This document shows, piece after piece, positions 46,382-55,887 of a DNA stretch of 64,000 bases. Origin of the DNA: a virus (Duplodnaviria > Caudoviricetes); IMG/VR virus record IMGVR_UViG_3300047160_022640, positions 23,769-87,768 of that record; one strand, written 5' to 3'. The position numbers were made by a program, and so were the translations under genes. The number at the start of each line of letters is the position of its first letter. Position 1 is the first letter of the stretch. The notes below the pieces were generated by a model. It was not told the origin of the DNA, did not search any database, and saw only the letters and a program-made list of their open reading frames with translations.

Positions 46382-46953
46382 GTGAGCCACTTCCACGTTT
46401 GCATTGTACAAATGCGTTGTACATGAGACCTAGAAACACCGAATCGAGCACCTATCGCGTCGTAAGTGGCTCCGGTGCGATTTCTTTCTCTGCGAATACG
46501 AAGGACAACATCTCGAGAGAACTTGTTTAAAGAATTGCGTTCTCCCTTAGCGTAAGTTCCAGATCGGCGCTTTCGACGGTTATTTGCCTGTTCGGTAGCG
46601 GTCGCCCATCTGCAATTTCCAGGTTCGTAGTTGCCGTTCACATTTGGAAAACGATCGATCGAGTGTGATCGAGACGGTTTTGGACCCATGTCCTTTAAAA
46701 ACGCCGAGAACGAAGTGCGCCAGCGATCGCAAACCGTAATTCCGCGACCTCCGTAGAGCGGGTCCATTTTATCAGCGCATCTGCGCTTCATTCCTTGCCA
46801 AACGCGGTATTCAGGAGAGCCCTCCTTGCCGTGAGTTTCTCGAAAATGGACCTCTCCAGGAGCCGCTGACTTGTGCCACTTTTGGTAGTGCGTGGAACAC
46901 AATCCGCGCGCACGTGATACATTACGACATCCGTTGATAGAGCAACGAGTCAT
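46378..46953 (-). CDS. HNH homing endonuclease
   Basis: YGGRGITVCDRW..HSIDR..NGNYEPGNCRWAT..QANN; lower GC than its neighbours. Confidence 0.9.
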   Translation of the reverse strand: MTRCSINGCRNVSRARGLCSTHYQKWHKSAAPGEVHFRETHGKEGSPEYRVWQGMKRRCADKMDPLYGGRGITVCDRWRTSFSAFLKDMGPKPSRSHSIDRFPNVNGNYEPGNCRWATATEQANNRRKRRSGTYAKGERNSLNKFSRDVVLRIRRERNRTGATYDAIGARFGVSRSHVQRICTMQTWKWLT

Positions 46954-47639
46954 GATTGACGTCGAACCTTGAATGGCAATTCAGACGCATCTTCAACCGC
47001 CATGGTTCGCCACCATTCTTTTCGAACTGGATTCCAACGAAATCCGTTGGATTTGACCATCTCTCGTTCTTCGAATGCAGCAAGAGATATAAATTTCGCC
47101 TTCGGTCGCATCCCGTATCGAATCAGCGCCTCGAGATCGTGTCCCTTCTCGGCGAGGCGAGTCAGGATCCTGGCCAGCGTGTCGACGTCCGCCATCGCCC
47201 GGTGCGCGCTCGCAACGCCGAGTCCGTAGCGGAGCGCCAAGTGCGCGAGCGACCCCCCGCGCCCGCCCTTCTGACTACCGGGCCACCGAATGTCTTCTTC
47301 GGTGCAAACCCAAGGGCGACCAAGATCCGGCGTGAACTGCTGATCGAACGCAGCGTTGTGCGCGAGAATCACCGAAGCCGGCTCGATCACCCACTTTGCG
47401 GCGCTCCAGACGCGATCTGACTCACGCGCCTCGCGAATCATTTCTTCTGGGATGCCGTTTATTTCCCACGCCTTGTTCTCGTCAGCGCCGCGAATGAGAC
47501 TCGCAAAACTTGCGACCGCCTGCGCATGCTTGATGTCGAAGAGCATCACCGCGACTTCGATCGTCTTTCCGACGGGCGGCGGCTCTAGATCGGTCGTCTC
47601 CGTATCGAGGAGACCCACGTACCGGATGGGTTCCGTCAT
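46950..47639 (-). CDS. DEDDh 3'-5' exonuclease (DnaQ-like)
   Basis: LLDTETT, LAHNAAFD, AHRAMADV. Confidence 0.9.
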   Translation of the reverse strand: MTEPIRYVGLLDTETTDLEPPPVGKTIEVAVMLFDIKHAQAVASFASLIRGADENKAWEINGIPEEMIREARESDRVWSAAKWVIEPASVILAHNAAFDQQFTPDLGRPWVCTEEDIRWPGSQKGGRGGSLAHLALRYGLGVASAHRAMADVDTLARILTRLAEKGHDLEALIRYGMRPKAKFISLAAFEEREMVKSNGFRWNPVRKEWWRTMAVEDASELPFKVRRQS

Positions 47640-47677
47640 GCCAGTCCTTTCTCTCTCGCTCAACTCTCTCGACGCAG

Positions 47678-47707
47678 AACGTAGACCCCGAAGTCGACGG
47701 TTGTCAA
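47678..47707 (-). promoter_or_regulatory. Sigma70-like promoter of the leftward recombination/CRISPR operon
   Basis: TTGACA-N18-TACGTT in the divergent intergenic region. Confidence 0.5.
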
Positions 47708-47736
47708 CGTTAGAAAGACAAGCTACGGTTCGGAGC

Positions 47737-47907
47737 ATGGAAAACACCGAGAAACTGGTTTCTGCTCGCGTAGGAAAGTCGCTCTACGCGAAAATTCTCG
47801 AGCGACAGAAGGAGGCGAAGAAACAAACCGGAATCGAACCGACCGTCAGCGCCGTTGTGCGGGCCATGCTCGAGGAGTCGGCGGAAAACGGGAAGAGGCG
47901 GCGATGA
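47737..47907 (+). CDS. Ribbon-helix-helix-like regulator
   Basis: KLVSARVGKSLY..SAVVRAMLEE; GGAG ribosome-binding site. Confidence 0.6.
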   Translation: MENTEKLVSARVGKSLYAKILERQKEAKKQTGIEPTVSAVVRAMLEESAENGKRRR

Positions 47908-48071
47908 AAACCAGAAAGGAGATGATCCGACTCGCGATGAGCGAGCTTCGCGACGGCGTCGAGTCGATCTACGTCATCGAGAAGCTACAGAAAGAAGGTC
48001 GCAGCGCGCGCGAAGCGGAAGAAATCGTCGATCAGGCGATGCACGAGCTATCGCTGCCGGAGAATCGGTAA
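47904..48071 (+). CDS. Hypothetical protein
   Basis: MKTRKEMIRL..PENR, ATGA-coupled; translated by hand. Confidence 0.55.
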   Translation: MKTRKEMIRLAMSELRDGVESIYVIEKLQKEGRSAREAEEIVDQAMHELSLPENR

Positions 48072-48310
48072 TGACAGATCGCAAACAAGACAAACTCCCG
48101 CCGCCCACCTACTACGAAGGCAACCCGGAAGGATTCCATATCTACTCGTGGTGCCCTACACCCGAGCCGACGGTGCCGCCGACGCAGGTGCACATGCACA
48201 TTCCGGTTGCTGGAACAACGATCGTGTTTCGGTTCAAGGGACCCGGTACGCTCGACAAGCTCATTGCGGCTCTGCAGGGGCATCGGAAAGATGTGTGGGG
48301 GAAACCGTGA
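48071..48310 (+). CDS. Hypothetical protein
   Basis: TAATG coupling; MTDRKQDKLP.. Confidence 0.6.
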   Translation: MTDRKQDKLPPPTYYEGNPEGFHIYSWCPTPEPTVPPTQVHMHIPVAGTTIVFRFKGPGTLDKLIAALQGHRKDVWGKP

Positions 48311-48546
48311 ACTGGCAACTGCGCTCAGGTCTCACGGTGAACGTCCCTCGTACAGCCATGGCCACCGTCTTTCTTCATGAAGAAAACGACGAGCGCGGAT
48401 GGGAGCCAGTAAACGACATCGTGAATGACGAGGTCGAGGCAATCATTCCGCACAACGGAGAGGCTCTCACGCTGGACGAGCGCCGTGAGATTACCGCAGT
48501 GGTCTGCGCACAATGGTGGCGCTGGGCGGAGACGGGGAAACTGTGA
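48307..48546 (+). CDS. Hypothetical protein
   Basis: GTGA coupling. Confidence 0.55.
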   Translation: MNWQLRSGLTVNVPRTAMATVFLHEENDERGWEPVNDIVNDEVEAIIPHNGEALTLDERREITAVVCAQWWRWAETGKL

Positions 48547-48576
48547 CAATCGCTTACCTGGACTGAGGAGCGTCAA

Positions 48577-48792
48577 ATGAGCGACGAAAAAACCGTCACC
48601 GCAACCGAAGGCGCCAAGATCCTGATTGAAAGGATTCGGACCGAAGAGAACGAGGAAAAGCGTCTGCAGGAAACACTCTCCTTCTTCAGGGAAGCTCAGC
48701 GAGTGGCGATCCACGAAGCGGCGATCGTTCTCAAGCTTGGCGGGCTTCCTGCGCTGTACCGACTCTTCGCTCATCACGGAATTACAGAATGA
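48577..48792 (+). CDS. Hypothetical protein
   Basis: GAGGAG ribosome-binding site. Confidence 0.6.
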   Translation: MSDEKTVTATEGAKILIERIRTEENEEKRLQETLSFFREAQRVAIHEAAIVLKLGGLPALYRLFAHHGITE

Positions 48793-50066
48793 AACGCTCT
48801 GACCTCTCCCCCGATCAGCGTCACGTCTACGAGTCGATGCTCGATTGGCTTCGTACGCCAGGCAGCCCGCTTCTTACGATCGGCGGCTACGCGGGAACCG
48901 GGAAGAGTTCGCTCCTGGGTCTATTCGCCACCGAGACGAAGCTTCGCGTGGCGTATGTCTGCTTCACCGGTCGCGCCTCGAGCATCCTCGGGCGAAAGCT
49001 CAAAGCCAGCGGTGTAGCCATCACGAACCGCGCCTGCACCGACGACGAGCGCAAGCTCAGTGGATACTGGTCGCACTTGTTCTATTCGCCAGACAGCAAA
49101 GAGGCAGAGTACCCGTTCTGCGGCACCATCCACCGGTTGCTCTATCGTCCGTTCATCGACGACGAAACCGAGGAGCTGCTCGGATGGGACAAGCGGGAGG
49201 AGCTCGATCGAAACTACGATCTCATCGTGATCGACGAGGCGTCGATGATCGATGCCAAGATCGTTTCCGATATCGAGCAACACGGTGTACGCATTCTCGC
49301 CGTTGGAGACCATGGCCAACTACCACCGGTAATGAGCGAGGGTTCCCTCGTCTCGCGCCCGATGCTGCGTCTCGAGAAGATCCATCGTCAGGCTGAGGGG
49401 AGCCCGATCATCCAACTGTCGCGCGTGCTGCGCGAGGAAGGTCGAATGGATCCATCGCTTGCCGACAATGATCGACTCAGATTCCGGCGCATTCAGGACA
49501 TAACGGACCCATCGCTAGCAGCGATGCTGTCGCTGAACAAACTCGATGCGGCTGTGCTCTGCTGGCGGAACGCGACGCGCGTTCATATTAACAAAACCGT
49601 TCGCGGGCACCTGGGATTCACTGGGAAGCCGCCGCAAGCCGGAGAACCGCTCATCGTCTTGAAGAACTACGCACCGATTTACAACGGAATGCGCGGACTC
49701 GTCACCGAAGAGGCGACGTCACCATTCAAGGATGAATGGTGGCTCATGAAGACGAAAATCGAATTTCCGGATGAAGAGCTACCCGCGACGGATCAGGAGA
49801 TCTGTCGCGACCAGTTTCATCGGCCTCGGCCGTTTGACTCGATTGAGGAGCTGAAGAAATCGGGGATACATGTGCACTCGATGGGAGGCGCGGGACGGTT
49901 ATTTGATTTCGGATACGCAATGACCGTGCACAAGAGTCAGGGGTCGCAGTTCAAGCACGCTGTCGTCGCTGTGGACTGGAGACAGGATTACTCGAACGAG
50001 AACACGCGGAGGTTGGCGTATACGGCCGTCACGAGGGCGGCGGAGAGACTCACGGTGCTCCTGTGA
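48789..50066 (+). CDS. RecD/Dda-like SF1 helicase
   Basis: GGYAGTGKS, TIHRLLY, IVIDEASM, VGDHGQLPPV, GYAMTVHKSQGSQF, YTAVTRA. Confidence 0.92.
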   Translation: MKRSDLSPDQRHVYESMLDWLRTPGSPLLTIGGYAGTGKSSLLGLFATETKLRVAYVCFTGRASSILGRKLKASGVAITNRACTDDERKLSGYWSHLFYSPDSKEAEYPFCGTIHRLLYRPFIDDETEELLGWDKREELDRNYDLIVIDEASMIDAKIVSDIEQHGVRILAVGDHGQLPPVMSEGSLVSRPMLRLEKIHRQAEGSPIIQLSRVLREEGRMDPSLADNDRLRFRRIQDITDPSLAAMLSLNKLDAAVLCWRNATRVHINKTVRGHLGFTGKPPQAGEPLIVLKNYAPIYNGMRGLVTEEATSPFKDEWWLMKTKIEFPDEELPATDQEICRDQFHRPRPFDSIEELKKSGIHVHSMGGAGRLFDFGYAMTVHKSQGSQFKHAVVAVDWRQDYSNENTRRLAYTAVTRAAERLTVLL

Positions 50067-50077
50067 TATATTTATGC

Positions 50078-50179
50078 ATGTATGCAATAAGGGGAAGAAT
50101 ACTTTTCTCAGCGATGTGGCCAATCGTGATCAGCGTGGTGATAGTAGCGATAGTTACAGACCAACTGCTAAGAAATTGA
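50078..50179 (+). CDS. Possible 33-aa membrane peptide
   Basis: MYAIRGRILFSAMWPIVISVVIVAIVTDQLLRN in an AT-rich gap. Confidence 0.3.
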   Translation: MYAIRGRILFSAMWPIVISVVIVAIVTDQLLRN

Positions 50180-50189
50180 CGGTTCCAAC

Positions 50190-50375
50190 ATGATCAACGA
50201 AGACAGTGAAGAGGAGCTTCCGACAGAGGAAGACGAAACGGATATCGATGCTCAACTGAAACACGTTAGCGATCAGATCACAGCAAGAGAGGAAGCGCGC
50301 AACCATATCGAATTCAAAAAACTAGGAGAACATATCAACGTGCTGTTCGATGCGCTGTCGAAGCTATCAACATGA
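50190..50375 (+). CDS. Acidic hypothetical protein
   Basis: 61 aa, ATGA-coupled to the helicase. Confidence 0.5.
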   Translation: MINEDSEEELPTEEDETDIDAQLKHVSDQITAREEARNHIEFKKLGEHINVLFDALSKLST

Positions 50376-51991
50376 AGGACACCGCCACTCTCCCCCTCTT
50401 CGACCGCATCCCCTTCTTCGCTACCGATCCGCCCAAACTCCGCCCCTACCAGTCCCGCGCGATCCAGCGCCTCCGCGACCTCATTCGTTCCGGCAAAAAA
50501 CGCATCCTGCTCGTCCTTCCCACCGGATCAGGCAAGATGGTTTTGATCGCGAGCATCATCCGTACCTCAACCGTTCGTGTGCTTTTCGTCTGCGACTCCC
50601 AGGAGCTCATCGAGCAGTGCGTCAACGAGCTCGCTGCCGTCGGCATCACGAACGTCGGCGTGTTGCGCGGCGACGACTACCGAGAGAACCCGGACGCCAC
50701 GGTCCAGATCGCCTCGATTCAAACGCTTGCTCGGCGCGTGAAGCCGCCGGCGGAACTTATCCTCATCGATGAGGCGCACCTGTCTGCAAGCGACTCATAT
50801 CAAACTCACGTCTTCGATCACTATAAGAGCGCCATCATTATCGGTTTTACCGCAACTCCCGCTCGCCTCGACGGGAAACCGCTCGGTAATTCGTTCGAAT
50901 GTCTCGAGGTCGTGTGCGGGTACCAAGAGCTCATCAAAGCCGGGTTCATCGTTGAGCCACTCTGTTACACCGGACCGACGGAGCTCGATCTCTCCACGAT
51001 TCAGCTCATCGGCGGCGACTACAACGAGACCCAGCTCGGGGACTTCATGCGCAACCAGGCGCTCGTCGGAAGCCTCCTCGAGCACTGGCAGAAGCTCGCG
51101 AACTTGTATCCGCGCGCGAACGGACACCCGGGGCTCGTCGAAGGCCCCCACCGACGCACGTTCATTTTCGCGGTGAACATCGCGCATTCGCTCGATATTT
51201 GCGCCCGGTTCGAATCCGCTGGCGTTCGCATCGCGCATCTCGATGCGAAGACCACGGACACCGAACGCAAGCGCGTCATCGCCGCAATCGGTGCCGGTGA
51301 GCTCGACGTGATCACGAACGTCGGAATCCTGCTCAAGGGCGTCGACGTCCCGAGCGTGAAGTGCGTCACGCACGCTCGTCCAACTTGCTCGCTTACGCTC
51401 TGGCGGCAGTCTTGCGGTCGCATCCTGCGGCCGTGGCATCCGGGATGCCGTCGCGGCTGTACGCAGCATCCGAGCGTGATTCCGATGCTCATCGACCACG
51501 CCAACAACATTCAGCGCCTCGGGTTCCCGCACGAGGATCTCCACTGGTCCCTCACCGAACGCGCGGTGTCGACCACTAGGCGCGAGGCGACTCGTATCTG
51601 TCGCGGCTGCTTCGCAATGCTCCCCGCGTACAAACGCCTCTGCCCGTACTGCGGCAAGGACGCCCCGCCACCCGATCCGTCGGACATCCCCGCAGAGACC
51701 GAAGCGAAGCTTCAGCAACTCGCGACGTCGCCTGAGGAGATGAAGAGAATGTACTTCGACACCATCGTGCGGGTTGCGCGTTTGAAGGGCCACAAGCCCG
51801 GGTTCGCCGCCGTGCGGTTCAAGGAGCGCTACGGCGCGTGGCCACCGTGGGAGTGGAGCCAGGAAGTCAAAGCGTCGTTCGCGAGCGATCCGGAATGGCA
51901 GGAGGCGTACGCGATCAAGGCAAAGAAGAAACAAGAGAGGGAGCTCGAGAAGATGGCGCGGGAGCAGGCGAAGATTGAGGATCCAGAATAA
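50372..51991 (+). CDS. SF2 helicase (ResIII/DEAD-like, phage type) with C-terminal Zn finger
   Basis: LRPYQ, LPTGSGK, IDEAH, GFTATP, GVDVP, QSCGR; CRGC..CPYC. Confidence 0.9.
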   Translation: MKDTATLPLFDRIPFFATDPPKLRPYQSRAIQRLRDLIRSGKKRILLVLPTGSGKMVLIASIIRTSTVRVLFVCDSQELIEQCVNELAAVGITNVGVLRGDDYRENPDATVQIASIQTLARRVKPPAELILIDEAHLSASDSYQTHVFDHYKSAIIIGFTATPARLDGKPLGNSFECLEVVCGYQELIKAGFIVEPLCYTGPTELDLSTIQLIGGDYNETQLGDFMRNQALVGSLLEHWQKLANLYPRANGHPGLVEGPHRRTFIFAVNIAHSLDICARFESAGVRIAHLDAKTTDTERKRVIAAIGAGELDVITNVGILLKGVDVPSVKCVTHARPTCSLTLWRQSCGRILRPWHPGCRRGCTQHPSVIPMLIDHANNIQRLGFPHEDLHWSLTERAVSTTRREATRICRGCFAMLPAYKRLCPYCGKDAPPPDPSDIPAETEAKLQQLATSPEEMKRMYFDTIVRVARLKGHKPGFAAVRFKERYGAWPPWEWSQEVKASFASDPEWQEAYAIKAKKKQERELEKMAREQAKIEDPE

Positions 51992-52003
51992 AGGAAAGAG
52001 CAA

Positions 52004-52231
52004 ATGGCGCACGCAAATTTTGAATTCGAATTAGATGACACCCGATACGTTGGAATATCGAACGGTGCGAAAGTGGAAATCAAAGTAATGCCAGCATCGT
52101 CGAGCGGAGAAAACTTTGTTCGGCTCGAATTCCCGATTCTCCATTGGCGCGCTCTAGCTGAAAGCATTGAAGAGTTGGTTTCTAACGCTCAGAAACCACC
52201 CCACCCCGACGTCTTGTGTATTGACGGATGA
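52004..52231 (+). CDS. Hypothetical protein
   Basis: AAGGA ribosome-binding site; 75 aa. Confidence 0.55.
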   Translation: MAHANFEFELDDTRYVGISNGAKVEIKVMPASSSGENFVRLEFPILHWRALAESIEELVSNAQKPPHPDVLCIDG

Positions 52232-52458
52232 GCATCGCGATCAAAAAAGTCGGCACCTACACCAAGACCGACGAGCGCAAAATCCGAATGCTCCAACGTC
52301 TAATCGATGAGAATGGCGCGCTCTACGTCATGCGACTCCTGTGGAAGGCGATGGCTTCGAGCAACGACCGACACAAGCCGGTACTCGCCGGCAAGTTGTA
52401 TGAGGGGATTGAACTCGCGGAGGCTTCGGATCAGGAATGGTCACCAAGAATCCCATAG
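52228..52458 (+). CDS. Hypothetical protein
   Basis: ATGA coupling. Confidence 0.55.
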   Translation: MSIAIKKVGTYTKTDERKIRMLQRLIDENGALYVMRLLWKAMASSNDRHKPVLAGKLYEGIELAEASDQEWSPRIP

Positions 52459-52646
52459 CCGCCATCGAAGCGCTCCGCGACCGCCAGATCTTCATGGCGA
52501 TGCCACTCGAAACAAAGCTACGCAACACATGCCCCGGTTGCGGTTGCAGGCTTATTGAAGACGACTGGAACCGGGCTCTGGCACTGGTTACAGGGCCACC
52601 AAAAACTGGGCGGTGCCAGAAATGCGGATGGGTGGGGGAGAAGTAG
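52437..52646 (+). CDS. Small Zn-ribbon protein
   Basis: CPGCGC..CQKCGW. Confidence 0.55.
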   Translation: MVTKNPIAAIEALRDRQIFMAMPLETKLRNTCPGCGCRLIEDDWNRALALVTGPPKTGRCQKCGWVGEK

Positions 52647-52738
52647 ATCCCAATTTGTCGCCTACTAATAGAGGGTAGAAAACCCAACACACTCGCGTAA
52701 CACCATTCACCACCGGGAAAAGGAGATCCCAATGAGAA

Positions 52739-53026
52739 ATGCATGAAATGACCGTACCTCGTCGGGAAGCTTTCCGTAGAATTCGTCGCCTATCTGATTC
52801 CACCTCGATGCGCATCGATGCCGTCATGACCCGCACGATGGCGCTCGCGCTTCAACGTCTTGGATGGATCAAGATCGAGAAAGGATCACCTGGCCTGAGC
52901 ATGTATCATGGTGGCAAGCCTGCTCGATTCTCGCTTACCGAGATCGGAAAGTGGATCTTGGAAGGAGCACAGCATGAAGATTGGTCCCCTCTTCAAATGG
53001 TTCGGATCCAAATGGCTCAGCGCTAA
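52739..53026 (+). CDS. Hypothetical protein (winged-helix-like)
   Basis: LQRLGWIKI..RFSLTEIGK. Confidence 0.45.
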   Translation: MHEMTVPRREAFRRIRRLSDSTSMRIDAVMTRTMALALQRLGWIKIEKGSPGLSMYHGGKPARFSLTEIGKWILEGAQHEDWSPLQMVRIQMAQR

Positions 53027-53693
53027 GCGGTATCCGGAACCGAAGTACGACAGAATTATCGAGCCGTTTGCAGGCGGCGCCGGTTACAGCCTGAACTATT
53101 GCGACAGGAAAGTCGTCATCTGGGAAGACGACCCAAACGTTGCGAAGTTGTGGCGTTGGTTGATCAATGAATCCACTGACTCGGCCATTCGCGAGATACC
53201 GATTGATCTTCCAGTCGGAACCAATATTCGCTCTCTGGGTCTGTCCACCGGCCAGCAGCTACTCCTGAAGCACTGGCAGCGAACAAACAATGTCGGCGAC
53301 TGCTGGACCACATCGCCGTGGGGCCACCTCCCCGGACAGTGGACCGCGAACACACGGGCGCGCGTTTCCGAAGAGGTGAGCGCCGTCAAACATTGGAAGT
53401 TCGAAGACCCGTACCGCTACATCGATATGCTGTGCACGTGGTTCATCGACGGGCCGTACATCTTCAATTATCGGTACCGACGAGATTTGCCCGAATTCGA
53501 CTTCGAACAACTCTCGTGTCTTGAGCAAACGATCAACAGCAAGTCGCAGGTGATCGTCTGCGAAGCGAAGTGCAAGAAGACCGGAGCGATCCCCGGCTAC
53601 TTACCGTTTGTAGAGTCGCATCGTTCGATCACTTCTCGTCGGAAGCAGACGCAGTCGCATCACTCGGCGGAGGTCGTCTATGTCAGAGGGTAA
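52974..53693 (+). CDS. Adenine DNA methyltransferase-like protein with variant DGPY motif
   Basis: LFKWFGSKW, IIEPFAGGAGYS, WFIDGPY. Confidence 0.65.
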   Translation: MKIGPLFKWFGSKWLSAKRYPEPKYDRIIEPFAGGAGYSLNYCDRKVVIWEDDPNVAKLWRWLINESTDSAIREIPIDLPVGTNIRSLGLSTGQQLLLKHWQRTNNVGDCWTTSPWGHLPGQWTANTRARVSEEVSAVKHWKFEDPYRYIDMLCTWFIDGPYIFNYRYRRDLPEFDFEQLSCLEQTINSKSQVIVCEAKCKKTGAIPGYLPFVESHRSITSRRKQTQSHHSAEVVYVRG

Positions 53694-53877
53694 CCGCATC
53701 GACTGGAAACGAATCGAGTCTCTGATGCTGCGTTCGTTTCGCGGAGAGAAGATGTACGACGACGAGATGGATCTGATTCAGCTGGCACACCGGAAACACC
53801 CGGATCGGTATCGCGACCTCAACCGGCGGGTACGCGCGAACGAGATCGAGCGAATTCGATCACTGGATCGCAAATGA
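53680..53877 (+). CDS. Hypothetical protein
   Basis: GGAGG ribosome-binding site; 65 aa. Confidence 0.55.
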   Translation: MSEGNRIDWKRIESLMLRSFRGEKMYDDEMDLIQLAHRKHPDRYRDLNRRVRANEIERIRSLDRK

Positions 53878-54062
53878 AACCGGAAACCGAGCTCCAGATC
53901 CGCCTCCTGCTCGTCGCCCCCGAGCGCTTGCCAAGTCTTCGCAGCCCTGGAGGCTTTTCTACCCGCGTTCGTCGCACTCAGCCACTTCCCATCCCGCTCC
54001 TCCGCGCTCCGTGCGCTCGAGGCCGCGCTGATGGAGATGAGGAAAGACAATGGGTGATATAG
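53874..54062 (+). pseudogene. Fragment paralogous to the N-terminus of the VRR-NUC gene
   Basis: MKPETELQIRLLLVAPERLPSLR vs MKHETLLQTHLLLVAPEHLPSLR, then similarity ends. Confidence 0.55.
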
Positions 54063-54271
54063 CTGAATTGCCAGCAATACATTTGGTCGTCACGCTCGGA
54101 TGGTCAGTCGGTGACTTTTGGTACGAGGTGCCACGCTCTGATACCGCAGCCCTACGAGGCGCGTTACGAATCCTGGAACCATTCGACCCCATTACCGACG
54201 ACCACCGAATCCCTGGCGCTATTCTTATACTACGCGCCGAGCTGCTTCGGCGCGGGGAGTTGGTCGCGTGA
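54050..54271 (+). CDS. Hypothetical protein
   Basis: GAGG ribosome-binding site; 73 aa. Confidence 0.45.
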   Translation: MGDIAELPAIHLVVTLGWSVGDFWYEVPRSDTAALRGALRILEPFDPITDDHRIPGAILILRAELLRRGELVA

Positions 54272-54510
54272 CGATTAAATGGGAACCGCGTGACCTATGG
54301 ATTGGCCTGTTCTGGGATCAACGTCAGGATGGGAAACACTTTTATGTATGTCTAGTTCCGACCGTTGTAATTCATTGGGTGTACCGCGAGCACGAGACTA
54401 GCGTCGCTGAGCAGGTCCGCTCACGGCTCCGCGATCGCGTCTTCGTCGCCGTGATGCTCGGCGTGTATCGAGGGATTGTTGCGGTGCATAGAAAGCTTAG
54501 CGCGCCATGA
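54268..54510 (+). CDS. Hypothetical protein
   Basis: GTGA coupling; WEPRDLWIGLFW. Confidence 0.6.
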   Translation: MTIKWEPRDLWIGLFWDQRQDGKHFYVCLVPTVVIHWVYREHETSVAEQVRSRLRDRVFVAVMLGVYRGIVAVHRKLSAP

Positions 54511-54857
54511 AACACGAGACGCTCCTCCAGACCCACCTGCTCCTGGTAGCTCCAGAGCACCTGCCAAGCCTGCGTCTGTTCCGCCGAAACATCGCTACCG
54601 CGAACATGCGCGGCTACAAGGTGCAGTTCGGCATCCCGGGCCAGTGTGATCTGTATGGGCTCCTCAGGGGTGGCCGCCACCTCGAGATCGAGCTCAAGAG
54701 CGCCACCGGCTCGCTGAAACCGGATCAGAAAGCGTGGCGCGCGTGGTGCATCGAGTGGGGCATTACGCACCTGGTGTTGAAGGCGCAAAAAGAAGAGACG
54801 ATCGAGGAGACGGTGGAGCGGTGGGTTGTGGAGCTGTCTGTTCTCGTTGTTCGCTGA
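54507..54857 (+). CDS. VRR-NUC family nuclease
   Basis: GQCDL..LEIELKSATGSLKPDQKAW. Confidence 0.85.
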   Translation: MKHETLLQTHLLLVAPEHLPSLRLFRRNIATANMRGYKVQFGIPGQCDLYGLLRGGRHLEIELKSATGSLKPDQKAWRAWCIEWGITHLVLKAQKEETIEETVERWVVELSVLVVR

Positions 54858-54867
54858 GAGCACTTAT

Positions 54868-55632
54868 TTACCACCACCTAGGAATTGACTCTGTCCATAG
54901 TCGCGCTCTAGGAACATGCATCTTTCCGCCTTTCCACTCATTGCGAACCGATCCAGTCATCTCTGATATCAAAATTTTCTCCGGAGCAGGTTTCGTTTTC
55001 CGCCATCGCTTGGATCGTTTTTCGTATCCTCCTACGAATCCCACGTCCGTCTCGAACTCTTCGACATAAATCATGTAGTCATCGAAGTGTATCGGCATCA
55101 CGAATCCTCCGCCGACCCAGTAATACACTCGACCAAAATAAAGAGTGTGCAGCCATTTTTCCCATACGGTTGGTGAGAACCTGTCTGTACCGTCTCCGAC
55201 GCAACTATCCCGCCAAGGAACCACCCAGAGAACGAAGATCCCTTTCTTCTCATACTCGCTGGTTCTCTTGAAGATTCTTTCCAACCCAAGAGAGCTAGCC
55301 TGTACCTCTACTGCCACCGGCGAATTTCCGATGTACCCGCTCACATCGGGACGCACACTATCCAGGTCACGCTCCAGTTCCCACTTGGATGCGTTTGTCA
55401 CTGAACGCATGAATCTGCAGATTTCCGTCTTGCACCACCGATGCTCCTCCGATTCACCGCTTCCGTAGTCGCAGGAAAACGGTGGGTAATGCGCAAAGTG
55501 ATGGATCTTCACCTCTCCTTTTTTCAGAGAGACCTGAGTGGAACATGCCGGGCAGCACCAGGGACCGTTTTCCTTGAGTTCCTCAGAAGCCTCAACCCTG
55601 ATCCCATCAGACTGCCTTTTCGCAACCAACAT
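54868..55632 (-). CDS. CoiA-like nuclease (Zn-ribbon + PD-(D/E)XK)
   Basis: CPAC..LKKG..HHFAH..C..ESEEH; RPDV..AVEVQAS; lower GC. Confidence 0.8.
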   Translation of the reverse strand: MLVAKRQSDGIRVEASEELKENGPWCCPACSTQVSLKKGEVKIHHFAHYPPFSCDYGSGESEEHRWCKTEICRFMRSVTNASKWELERDLDSVRPDVSGYIGNSPVAVEVQASSLGLERIFKRTSEYEKKGIFVLWVVPWRDSCVGDGTDRFSPTVWEKWLHTLYFGRVYYWVGGGFVMPIHFDDYMIYVEEFETDVGFVGGYEKRSKRWRKTKPAPEKILISEMTGSVRNEWKGGKMHVPRARLWTESIPRWW

Positions 55633-55744
55633 TACAGTGTCACTTGAGTGGGGACCAGAGGGGGGAGGTGTCCAGTTTACCCTAGCCAGTTCGGCGGTCA
55701 CTTTACGTTGGTAGACGGTTCCGGGAGGACTTCTATGCGTTCTG

Positions 55745-55885
55745 TGAGCAAAAACATATTTTGATTTTCGAATCGATGACTATAGGAACCCCACTGGTAC
55801 CCACTGATCCCCACTCAAGTGATACTGTAAAATCGAGATTATTTCGATAAATTTCAGGTTGGAAAAAATCAAGCCAATTGATCAC
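55745..55885. other. Candidate replication origin
   Basis: Three CCCACT motifs at 10-bp period (55789-55818) flanked by AT-rich DNA, next to the end of the primase-helicase gene. Confidence 0.35.
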
Positions 55886-55887
55886 AT

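Noticed and set aside
36426-47010. Self-targeting by spacers (GCGCGAAGAG at 36426; ATGGTTCGC at 47002)
   Set aside because: Matches are only 9-10 nt, as expected by chance in 64 kb of high-GC DNA
52645-52733. 10-bp direct repeat AGATCCCAAT flanking a short gap (possible target-site duplication)
   Set aside because: Too short, and no mobile element between the copies
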